DNA of 63,873 nt, the filler included, from Rhabdomonas costata (lineage: Eukaryota), in assembly GCA_019059605.1 (NCBI GenBank). It is 58 parts of 58 records of this genome, joined end to end, with 100 filler letters (N's around TTAATTAATTAA, not from the genome) between each part and the next. Parts side by side here need not be neighbours in the genome. Positions count along the whole stretch, not along the records: positions 49,634 to 50,636 come from JAHMHO010034285.1; positions 50,737 to 51,740 come from JAHMHO010034286.1; positions 51,841 to 52,843 come from JAHMHO010034287.1; positions 52,944 to 53,946 come from JAHMHO010034288.1; positions 54,047 to 55,049 come from JAHMHO010034289.1; positions 55,150 to 56,152 come from JAHMHO010034290.1; positions 56,253 to 57,255 come from JAHMHO010034291.1; positions 57,356 to 58,358 come from JAHMHO010034292.1; 50 more parts are not named here. The stretch is one strand, 5' to 3'. Position numbers and translations under genes: made by a program. The notes under the pieces were generated by a model. It did not search any database, was not told where the DNA came from, and worked only from the letters and a program-made list of their open reading frames with translations. Positions 50,154 through 60,553 of the stretch are shown here, piece by piece (position 1 is the stretch's first letter; the number at the start of each line of letters is the position of its first letter).

Positions 50154-51226
50154 GTTCGGTACACACACCTTGTCGCGCGAATGCACCTAAGTGAAGTGGG
50201 ACCCGCGGCATTTGTGGTCAAGTGGCTGAAAGAAAAACTACGCCGCCTGGGTTGGCATATGCTTTGATATCTTCGAACAGCTTAAGAATACAAATCTAGA
50301 TGCTTAGACCGCCATCTCAGGTTCTGTAGGGAGTGAATGAATCACCCACAAAGGCACAACAACCTCAAAAGGTCGCCAACCTTTTCGAGAACAGAGGAGT
50401 TCGGGTGCCGTTATGCTGCCAGCCTTTACAATAAAATAAGGAAGGGCGGATGAGAACGAAGGATATGGTAGCTGCACTCTGACAGCTCTCTGTTCACGCG
50501 TATCCGGCGCGGCCCCTGTTGAACCGCGCCAAGGCCACTGCTCGCATCACCCAGACCACACACACATATCAGACTGGTTTCTGAGGTGCGGACCTAACCC
50601 ACCGCACTCCCACACCCCCCAACCAAACACACCAACNNNNNNNNNNNNNNNNNNNNNNNNNNNNNNNNNNNNNNNNNNNNTTAATTAATTAANNNNNNNN
50701 NNNNNNNNNNNNNNNNNNNNNNNNNNNNNNNNNNNNGGGGTTTGGTTCCTTCACACACTGATCGCAAAAGAAAAGCGGATCTGTGGTTCTGGGGAGGAGT
50801 TTTTTATACGTGACAATTGAAAATAACGGAGAACTTCGATTACATGACATGCCCTTACAGAAGGGGTGTCAGTGTTCACTGCAGAACAAAACAATCGCCA
50901 GTGAACAAGAATTTTCATTTTGAACTGTACATAGTGCCCCTTGTTTTGTTTCATCGTTTGCACTGGTTTGCCGTTCTGTTTCTTTTGCGCGTTTTGTTGA
51001 TCCCTGATCTCTCTCTCGTGCGTTTTTGTTGTGACGCTTCAACTACTGTGTTTGCGCTACTATCGTCTTGCTCCCGAATGGACACTGGCACCCCGTTTTT
51101 GCGGGAATGCCCAGTGAACCGGGGATAAAACTCTCGACTTTTCTTTTTGTCACTGTCACACACACACACACACACACATGGCGCCTTGGCGCGGTGTGCT
51201 GTGGCGTGTCCTGCCACTGTCACTGT

Positions 51227-51258
<32 letters not shown>

Positions 51259-52083
51259 AACAAACACTGAGCATCCAGGGAGAACACAGACGCAGAGCAG
51301 GAGAGGCCGACGGCAGGAAAGAGACCCGACACTCCCAGGGGCGAGACATGAAAGCCGCAGCCGAAAGCAGGTGGAAGACGAGCACGTGTGCCCCAGGAGT
51401 GCGATGCTGGCACGGGATATCATGCAAGTTCCAACGGTGTCCCTTTGTGCACCCGAGGGAGGAGCACTTAGAACAGACCCGCGCAGAGACGGACCCAGTG
51501 CGCAGAAGTACAAGCGGACCATCGAGCATCGCAAGAAATCAAAGCCCTTACGCTAGGGCCAACGGGAAGCCAAAGTGTTGACAGACGCACCAGGGCAAAG
51601 AGTCAGTATTAACGATATTAATATGAAATAACATATAACTAATAATTAATAACAAATAACGAATGAGTAATAATTAATACCTTGCATACCTTTACTAAAC
51701 AGGCCCAGGAAGAAGACGAAACAACCCCACCACACACCCCNNNNNNNNNNNNNNNNNNNNNNNNNNNNNNNNNNNNNNNNNNNNTTAATTAATTAANNNN
51801 NNNNNNNNNNNNNNNNNNNNNNNNNNNNNNNNNNNNNNNNAGAAAATAGGAATTGCATAAGTCGTTAACATAATTTACTCTCAGTGGTGGACCAAAGGCC
51901 CAGATTTTGAGAATTGACATCAGGAAGGTACGCCCACTGGAACCCACGTAATAAGGTTCTTTGGCCCGAGCTTTTCCGTTCTTCGTTGATAACTCAATAT
52001 CATCAACGACGGTCCTTTCCTTTAATAGTGGGTACGGTGACGTTTGGGCAATAGGAGGCACCGATACACACATATGCAAATAC

Positions 52084-52843
52084 CGGTAGGCTGTGGGATC
52101 AGAGGAGAGCTTCCACGCGGCACGCTCCTGCGCGGTCGCTCCGGCGACCATCTGGTACAGCGCGTGGTACGAGCGCTCTCCTGGAGCGTGACTGACCTGA
52201 GAGCGGAGGGGGTGCGTCGGGGAGGAGCGTTTGGGGATACACTACCAATTCGAGGTCATTTCGCGATGTGATGAAAACAGTTTCACACAACCTTGGCCTG
52301 TTGTTTGTGGGGGGAGGGGGCAAAGTCAAGAGCTAGGGGGCTGCCAACCACAGAATATATGGAGGATATGCAAATAAGCACTGCACTGGCACCGTCAGAT
52401 CTTAGGCACTGCGCTTGGGAAGCCTTGCACAACAATTCATAAAATGTTCCCCCCTCTCCAAGGCCACGCTCCCGCCTCAGCGGCCAGCTCACCTCAACAC
52501 TAAGACTTTTCTCGTTCGGCACATCTGAAACCGTCACGGCGTTAAACGTTTGAGGCCCCCTCCAATACAATTATCCCTTCACGCTCCACAAAGCACAGGG
52601 AATAGGGGACCGCTGATGCACGTACAATGTGGAAGTGAGAAAAAGGATACACACCACTCTGCTCTTCTCCAGGAGGTACGGCGTGATCACGCAGCCGCAA
52701 AGCACCCCGTCGCCGTCGAACTGCACGCTGACGAACTTCCCAAAGCGGCTGCTGTTGTCGTTGAGCACGGTGCGGGCGTTGCCAAAGGCCTCCAGGATTG
52801 GCGAAGCCGCCTCAAGTCGCTGCATTTTATTAGACACACAAAC
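52084..52843 (-). CDS. Myosin motor domain; exons ~52843-52655 and 52196-52084
   Basis: [23 protein letters not shown]…[24 protein letters not shown]. Confidence 0.95.
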
Positions 52844-52943
52844 NNNNNNNNNNNNNNNNNNNNNNNNNNNNNNNNNNNNNNNNNNNNTTAATTAATTAAN
52901 NNNNNNNNNNNNNNNNNNNNNNNNNNNNNNNNNNNNNNNNNNN

Positions 52944-53072
52944 CCACCCTTTCTTTAATATTCTCAGCTACCCTGCTGCGACACCACGAACGCGCCAGAA
53001 AACTGAAGTTTTGCATACAAGCCCCACCCTTTCTTTAATATTCTCAGCTACCCTGCTGTGATACTGTGAACG
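52944..53072. repeat. Tandem direct repeat with ~80-bp period
   Basis: 35 bp are identical at 52944-52978 and 53024-53058, and similarity extends ~14 bp further with transitions only. Confidence 0.85.
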
Positions 53073-53381
53073 TTGCTCCTACACCTTACCGCAAAACGGA
53101 CGTTTTCGATAGGAAACAGAAACAGAACTAAAAGGGGAAGTTCCGTTTTATAGGTTTCTGGTCTTTTTGACCACCAACTTGCTTTCCACTTACTTCCGCA
53201 CTGCAGCACTTCAGTCCTATATTGCGTCTCGGATCGCCCTCTTCTCCAAATGTTCGTTACAACCAGCACTTATTAAATACTCCAAGGGCCTCAGCGGCAT
53301 TAGCTCGGTGAGGCCCTTGGACTGAACCCCTTCTGCGTTGGAACCGCATCAAGGCAGTGAAGGTGGGTGGGGGGTTAGGGC

Positions 53382-53554
53382 CTGAGTGTCAAAGAGGGAG
53401 TCCGGGTTGTGCAGGATTAGCACGTCTGCGTCGAAGAAAGCCACTCGACTGAATTCCGTGAGCCCAAACATGTACAGCTTGTTGAAGGTTCCCTTGAACG
53501 CCGACCGAGGGACTTGAGGGGCTAGATCCTCGACCAGCGAGACATTGTCCCAGC
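53382..53554 (-). CDS. GT8 (glycogenin-like) glycosyltransferase exon
   Basis: FKGTFNKLYMFGLTEFSRVAFFDADVLILHNPDSLFD contains the DxD motif. Confidence 0.88.
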
Positions 53555-54114
53555 CTACCACAAATGTTTTAAGATTGGCACCAGAGAGTGCTGCACTTCA
53601 CATTATTGTTGCAGACCGACCCCAGACCCAGAAGCAAACACTTGCCGCCAAACGGGCACAAGCGCGGTCCTTTTACGCCGAAAAAGATCACAGAAGGCAT
53701 GTGCATAAACGATGGATTTAGGTGATTTAGGTGATTTGGCGTGATTATGATTCAGGTGATAAATGCCCTCATAAAAATCCAGTGCACGTTTTGGTTTAAA
53801 AATCTGTTCCCGCTCAATGTAACACCAATATGAAGGGCAATGACACCAGGACACCACATCAGGACACAGAACAGAGGTAGCAACACACACAGAACACATC
53901 AACGTAAAGCAGATTTCGTAACACACAACAAAAGACGCTGACACCANNNNNNNNNNNNNNNNNNNNNNNNNNNNNNNNNNNNNNNNNNNNTTAATTAATT
54001 AANNNNNNNNNNNNNNNNNNNNNNNNNNNNNNNNNNNNNNNNNNNNTTGCCCATATGCCTGCCATCCAGGTGGATGTCTGTGTCGATGTGGTTTCCTTGT
54101 CGTGTGTGGTGCAG

Positions 54115-55049
54115 GATGCCTCAGGCCGCACCCCACTGCACTGCGCAGCACAGAGCGGCAGCCCGCAGGCTGTGACAGCCCTTCTGAGGGCTGGCGCCGA
54201 CGTCGCCGCGCGGGTGCCGCCCCCCGCCCTATCTGAATTTTTTTGTCTACGCGTTAGCTGTTTCTTTGGTGTTTGAATGGTAGGTACGGTTGCACCCATG
54301 TGCTTTTGTTTTATTATGACCAAACTCTTGGATGGGTTGGCAGAGCCCTCATTTTGCTGACGTATAAGATAGAGTTTTTGTCTCCACGTTGCTGGGCTTG
54401 AAGTACGGCCACGCCACAGCGTGGTACCGCCTTTCAGCAGAGGTTTTTGTTGGGAAACAGGGGAAATGCGTTTGGGGGCTGATCCTCAAAGTAAGGCGTT
54501 TGAATCCACGGCTAAGTGCGCCCCAGAAGATTCTGTGCAAAGAATCAGTGTGTCCCACAACTTTACACCGAAGGGCATAGTTAATTCCACTCCCATAACT
54601 ATCTCAAAGCAAGGCTCATTCAAAAGGCACTATTGCGTGATTAAAAGTACCGTATAAGCCCATTCTGCCTCACACAAACACACCACTGTGCCTTATCACC
54701 ACATCTCTTTGTGTGGCCGCAGAAGGGCAGCTCCCCAGTGACCCGACACCCGCCTACCAACCAATCCAAAGCTCTTCTCTCTTCCCCCCTGCTTTAGTCT
54801 TCCCCAGCATGCAGCGTCAGCACTGCCACTGAAGGGAAGGGGGGGGGGGTAGTGCTTCAGGACACTCCCACAGCTTTGCTCTTTGCATGCCCTCTGTTCG
54901 GCTTCCACGATGAACCTACTTTGCTGCTCTTCCCATACGACTTTCCTGTGGAGCCCTACCTATTCAATTCCGGTTATTCATTTCCTTTTCTGTGCGCAGG
55001 ATGCTTCGGGGGTGGTGCCTTTGGCCGTGGCCTTGGCCGCCCACAACCC
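54115..55049 (+). CDS. Ankyrin-repeat protein; exons 54115-54213 and 55000-end
   Basis: DASGRTPLHCAAQSGSPQAVTALLRAGADVAAR (exactly 33 aa) / DASGVVPLAVA…, joined by a phase-0 intron. Confidence 0.88.
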
Positions 55050-57419
55050 NNNNNNNNNNNNNNNNNNNNNNNNNNNNNNNNNNNNNNNNNNNNTTAATTA
55101 ATTAANNNNNNNNNNNNNNNNNNNNNNNNNNNNNNNNNNNNNNNNNNNNGAAGCCCGAGGCCCACCCACCATAGCCTGTATTCTTACCAAAGTGTGGGGA
55201 GACTTGCTGATGCACGGGTATGCGTACCAGTGGATGTGCACGCATGTGCACACTTGTGCATTCGAGGGAGGGTATGGGTTTGAACACTGTGCTGGACCGG
55301 CCGGCCAAAGCAGAACCACCGCTGTAAGATAACAGTGGTTTCCTTCGGACAGGGCGTCATCTCCAATCTCTATCTGAATGGCTCTGGTGACCTTCCGCAT
55401 GCCTATTAACATGATGTGTGGTCTGGAGATTCCAATGGATTTAGCTTGGGAGTGGGGGAAGAATTATGGTGTGATGGTGTTGAATATTTGTCCTCCGCAG
55501 TCGTTGAACGGTCAAAAAAAAGTCAAAGGCCCGATGTCACAATACCCTCCGGTCATCATCCCTGTGGTCTGTCTTTCTTTTATTCTAGTTTCGCTGCCCG
55601 CTTCCATTTTGTGCACGTTACCTTACTGTCCGTCAGTCGCTTACGTACCGTTCGCATCCATGGGAGTATGTTGTGCTTGTTTTAGAGTAGTCGTCTCGAC
55701 CGGTCTGCTGTTCGTTTCAATGATGTGCAGCTCTCCGTGACTTTGCTTTTTCAGGGCTTTTCAACGTGACCCTCGACGGGCTTGTCATCAGGCCAATTAC
55801 GAAGCCGAAGCACCAAGGTTTTGCCTGCATGTATCGGGCTTCCCTGGGCAGCAACAGCGGCTGGGAGGTCCAGGGCGCCCGAGATGAGAACTTTTGGACA
55901 TTCTCTGCGGAAGATGAGCCACCTTGACCAATCGGGAGCGCAACTAAAACTCCCTCAATAGTGGACTGACACTTGAGGTGGACTGAATTTGTGTGGTCTC
56001 AGGCCCACACGCTTCCCACGCCTATTTCGCATTTCGCAGTGTTTAGAGAAATTAATTCCAAAACAGATTGACCAATCGACTGTATGAAGAGGTGGACGTG
56101 AAAGTATGCTCGTGTATGTCGATATTTAGCATAAGACTGTCGACATACACAANNNNNNNNNNNNNNNNNNNNNNNNNNNNNNNNNNNNNNNNNNNNTTAA
56201 TTAATTAANNNNNNNNNNNNNNNNNNNNNNNNNNNNNNNNNNNNNNNNNNNNGGGGGTTTTGAAGCAAAATACATTTGCCCTTTCGCCGAGCTTGGGCAC
56301 AAGTGACGTCATGACGCAGAAGTGGTCCGAGCTTGGGCAAGGGCAAATGTATTTTGCTTCAAAAAACCCTTCTAGCTCCTTCTCTTTGTCTTGTCCTTGT
56401 CGTTAGAAAGCGGCACCAATAAAATGTCGTCCTTTTTCACATGGCCAGGGTACTTGCATATTTCAAATTAGCATTTGCAAATGCCTCCGTGGAAACATTG
56501 AGGCCTCGTTCGTGACCGCGATGTACTACATTTTTCTTTCACCTTCCTTTCGTTGTGCTCCCAATATGCTCCTTCTATTCTCTTTTCCTTGTCAATCACG
56601 TCCTAATTGTCTGCTGCTAAACTTCGTTTTTTGCGTTGGTATTTCTTACTTTGTTTCACATATTAAAACGTTTTTTGAACATCGTATCTCTACACCACGC
56701 GCGGAAATGGTCACACCTGGGAAAACCCGAGAAGGGAAGCCGGCGGCAAGGCCTGGGAGGCCTCACCATCGTGACCATCGGAATGACGTTGAAGCAACCA
56801 TGTATGCATACATGACAGCACAATACAGAAATCGGGACAAAAGCTGCGACAGGAGGAAAGACTACAGAGCAGTAAGTATTGCCTCGCAACTGAATGTTAG
56901 GAACATGCGCACATGCTATGAACATGTGCATTTCCCAAACAGACAGGTTTAGATTTGAAAAAATCCAAAAGCAGAGTCCAGTGATACAGTAAGCGATAGT
57001 TAGCAACAGAAAAATTTCAGCGTGTCTACTAATGAAGGACCTGGTGGAAATGGGAAATTGAGGAAGGAGTGGGTATAATTCAAATCTTGGTCAACATTCA
57101 ACAAGCATACAGGGAGTTTCAAGTTGGTGTCATCCTCCGTATACATATACGCAGCAGACAGATATTCCTCATTCCTGACTCCTTCGTCAATTTTGTTGAA
57201 TGTTGACCAAGATTTGAATTATACCCACTCCTTCCTCAATTTCCCATTACCACCANNNNNNNNNNNNNNNNNNNNNNNNNNNNNNNNNNNNNNNNNNNNT
57301 TAATTAATTAANNNNNNNNNNNNNNNNNNNNNNNNNNNNNNNNNNNNNNNNNNNNTGAGCAAGTACCTATCATATTTTGGACCACCCTGGTTGAGGTTTT
57401 GGAGAGTTGCACAGAGCCG

Positions 57420-57865
57420 GAGAGTTTCAGAGATGGAAGATCCTTTCCACAGATGGTGTTGATCAGAGCTCAGGTTTTGTGACTGATTCCAGAGATGTGC
57501 TATGTGGCAGATGTGTGTGCGGTTGCGTGGTGTTTCCAGAGGGTATGCGGCGTGTTTCCAGAGCGTGTTGCGTAATGTGGTGTCTTTCCAGAGCGTGTGT
57601 TGTCTGCGTGTTGCAAAGTGAGTGGAAGTAGATCTGGTGCAGATATGTTCCAGAGGACGAGTTTGCACAGGTGATTTTCCACAGTTTTCCAGATCTGAAC
57701 CGTCATGAGTGATCGGCCGTCGCCCGTCTGTTGGGACGTTCTCCCAGCAGGGGAGCGTGCAACGGTCCAGGTCACCAAGGTTTTCCTCATTCCAGATGTA
57801 GACAGCCATGACATCAAGGTGTTTCCAGAGACTAGTTTCCAGAGGTTTCACGGAGATTCCAGAGA
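57420..57865. repeat. Degenerate TTCCAG(A)-rich minisatellite next to the RT remnant
   Basis: About a dozen (T/A)TTCCA(G/C) motifs at irregular spacing. Confidence 0.6.
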
Positions 57866-57911
57866 GACGACATGGTGAGCGGAGACAAATCTCAGCCTCT
57901 CGTGAGCCAGA

Positions 57912-58357
57912 TCACAACACACGCAACGCTTCCACATGGGCTTTCAAGGTCTCCGCATGGACTAGAATGTCGTCCACGTACGCACCTGTAGTCTCTCGCA
58001 GATCCTCAAGAACGAAGTCCATTGTTATCTGGAACGTGGCTGTGGCATTGCACAACCCAAATGGCATGACTCTGAATTGGAACGAACCTTACCTTGCCTT
58101 GAATGCCGTCCTCTCCACATGCTCTGGATGAATGCGGATCGGATGGAATCCCGCATGCAAATCTAGTTTGGAAACCACTTCGCCTTTCCCGCGTGATCAA
58201 TCATCTCGTCAATTCGGGGTGAAGGGTACGCATCTGTAACAGTGATCGCATTCAGCGGTCTGTAATCAACACACAACCGCAACTTACCGTGGGCCTTTGG
58301 AACGAACAGCACACATGCGCCATACGGCGAGGTTGCTGGCTCTATAAAACCAACACC
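57912..58357 (-). mobile_element. Ty3/gypsy LTR-retrotransposon reverse transcriptase, inactivated (not in ORF track)
   Basis: GFIEPATSPYGA.VLFVPK..GKLRLCVDYRPLN…YP.PRIDE…SKLDL..GF…TAF..R*G.F.F.VMPFGLCNA.ATFQ…YVDDIL. In-frame TAA at 58089-58091, YVDD at 57969-57980, TGA at 57912-57914. Confidence 0.93.
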
Positions 58358-58861
58358 CNNNNNNNNNNNNNNNNNNNNNNNNNNNNNNNNNNNNNNNNNN
58401 NNTTAATTAATTAANNNNNNNNNNNNNNNNNNNNNNNNNNNNNNNNNNNNNNNNNNNNGGGTGGGGTGGATGGAGGCAGAGCCAGCAGGAAGGAACGCTG
58501 TGCTGCTATGTTTTTCACCAGACAGGAATTTGCGCACTGGTCTTCTGGGACTCGTCAAGGTGTGTTGACGCCGCATAGCCTTGGCGGGGACATACCTGAT
58601 GAAGATTCTTAGTGTGCATGTCAGGAATTAGCGTTGTTAAGCGGTGAGGATCAATGGGCCCGTCCCATTCAACCATTTAACTGGTGGGGAAAATTAGCTT
58701 TTGGGATTTTTCTGGCGGAGAGTGAATGAAACAGTCAAACGGTCAAACGGTCAAACATCGCAAACAAAGAGTTTTGACATCCCCAATACGTCGGACCCGA
58801 ATGGTGATACTTTGAACACAAAAAAGGCACTTGGAGTGCGAAAGCACCACATCAGTTGTAC

Positions 58862-59404
58862 CGTCTTCAGAAAGTCATCCAATGTCTGCAGCTGCACGTT
58901 CGTCGCGACGACTCCGGCAATCGTCGAGGCTCCCGATGGCACGATGGCAAACACTGCCGGCACCACCACCGTGAAGCCGGTCTGCCCAAAGGCGCAGTAT
59001 ACAGAGCCGAAGGTGACGTCCGGGCCCGGGTTTTGGGCCCCGGTGCCGTACCATGACTGAAGAGAACATGAAGAGAAAGAAACCAGTCGCCCCAATGCAT
59101 AACCAACGCAACGCATCACTCACTCTGTGGCTACATGCACAGACCCGCGTGGTGACATTGTAGTTTGCACCCAACGTCATGTTGGCCCCCGAGGCCATCC
59201 AGTCGGAGCCCCAGCTGACCGCTGGAAAGCTCCCAATCCGGTGCCCCGTGAGGTTGTTGCTGACAAGCCAAAGAATGGAGGACCCCACCCGACGTGTGGC
59301 AATGGCGTCGCCCGAGCTGAAGCCCACAATGTGGTCCATGGCGATGGGCATCATCTGAATCCCCAGCAGAGCCTGCTTGCGCACCTCGATCGGGGTCACG
59401 TCTC
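58862..59404 (-). CDS. dCache_1-like sensory domain; exons 59404-59145 and 59056-58862
   Basis: Spliced YNVTTR/SWY…VY…VVVPAVFAI…IAGVVATNVQLQTLDDFL follows the dCache pattern Y…R.WY…Y…GV…(D/N)V.L..L..FL. The intron is 88 nt, phase 0. Confidence 0.75.
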
Positions 59405-59561
59405 CTGGACCCCCCAAAACATCACCAATCATCGCAAAGAGTCGGACAGCAAAAGCCCACANNNNNNNNNNNNNNNNNNNNNNNNNNNNNNNNNNNNNNN
59501 NNNNNTTAATTAATTAANNNNNNNNNNNNNNNNNNNNNNNNNNNNNNNNNNNNNNNNNNNN

Positions 59562-60553
59562 TCGCCATCGGTGGGGCTGTGGTTCGGTTCACACTGAGGC
59601 TCCGGTTGAGCAGAGGCATGGAGGCTGGGTGATGCTGCTGGGGTGGATCTCGAACGCTGGCTGGACTGACGCCTCTGGGAAGCCTCCTCGGGAAAGTACT
59701 GCCGCCGCCAGCGTCGCTGCTCGTCCTTGTGCGCCGCGGAGGAGGTACTGTGGATCTTCCTCCGCTCCTCCTTGTCCCAACTGAGAAAGAGCCTCGCTCG
59801 GGTCCTGGGCGAAGAGACTTTGTAGAGATCGTACTCGTGTAGTAGTTTTTCACTCCAGGTGCTCCGTGCTGTGCTCCCGTGGGGGGAGGCGCTGTATCTC
59901 CTGCGCTTGGGCGGCTCAAGAGTGCTCTCTTCGCCACTGCTCTGGCTGGAGGTGCCTTGGGTGCCGTATGGAACCAGTGCCATGGATGCACGCTGAAGAG
60001 GGGCTCGACTGGGGGCTCGATAGGGCACTACAGCGAGCTGCTGCGCACCGGACGGACTGCAGGGTTGGCTGGAGTACACCGTAACAAGGTTTGGCAGGAC
60101 GGACCGCACGTTCCCAGCGTGGTTGCCCAGCGGTACTAGCGCCGGCCCTTCGGTGAGCTGCAGTGGGGTGTCACCCCCTGGTCCCTCACACTCAGGTTCC
60201 GCCGCTGCCTTGCCATTGCTGCGTGTCTTTCGCCGTCCCAGAAAAGTGCTTCGGCGGGTCCGGGCCGTCATGTCACCCGTGGAGGTGTTGGCCTTCGGCG
60301 CCTCCGGATGGCCCAGACGTCGCAGTTCCTCTGCTGTCCACGGCTCGGTTGGGGCATCGCTGCCGCTGTCCTCTTCTCTCAGCTGCCTGAAGTACCCTGG
60401 GTATCCGGAACTGGAGGAGGAAGAGGAGGAGGAGGTGGTGGTGGCCGTTCTTGAAGCTGAGCTTCGAGTCTGACGCCTGAAGGCGGACCTTTCGGTGTGT
60501 GCAATTTCGTGTCCGTCGATGTCGGTTGCCGCAACTCTCTGCATGTGTCCCAT
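59562..60553 (-). CDS. Long low-complexity hypothetical ORF (partial)
   Basis: About 330 open codons, S/R/P-rich, with no recognised domain. Confidence 0.4.

Noticed and set aside
56253..57255. Contig with hairpins at both ends (linear element with hairpin termini?)
   Set aside because: The two end structures are unrelated to each other, end in primer-like G/T or A/C bases, and match the fold-back pattern seen in other contigs.
58089..58091. In-frame TAA in RT as evidence of stop-codon reassignment
   Set aside because: It is an isolated case at a position normally Tyr in a decayed element. Host exons show no in-frame stops.
28677..59404. Gene-neighbourhood or operon interpretation of adjacent signalling, glycosylation or metabolic genes
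   Set aside because: The contigs appear grouped by length rather than genomic position, so adjacency has no biological meaning.
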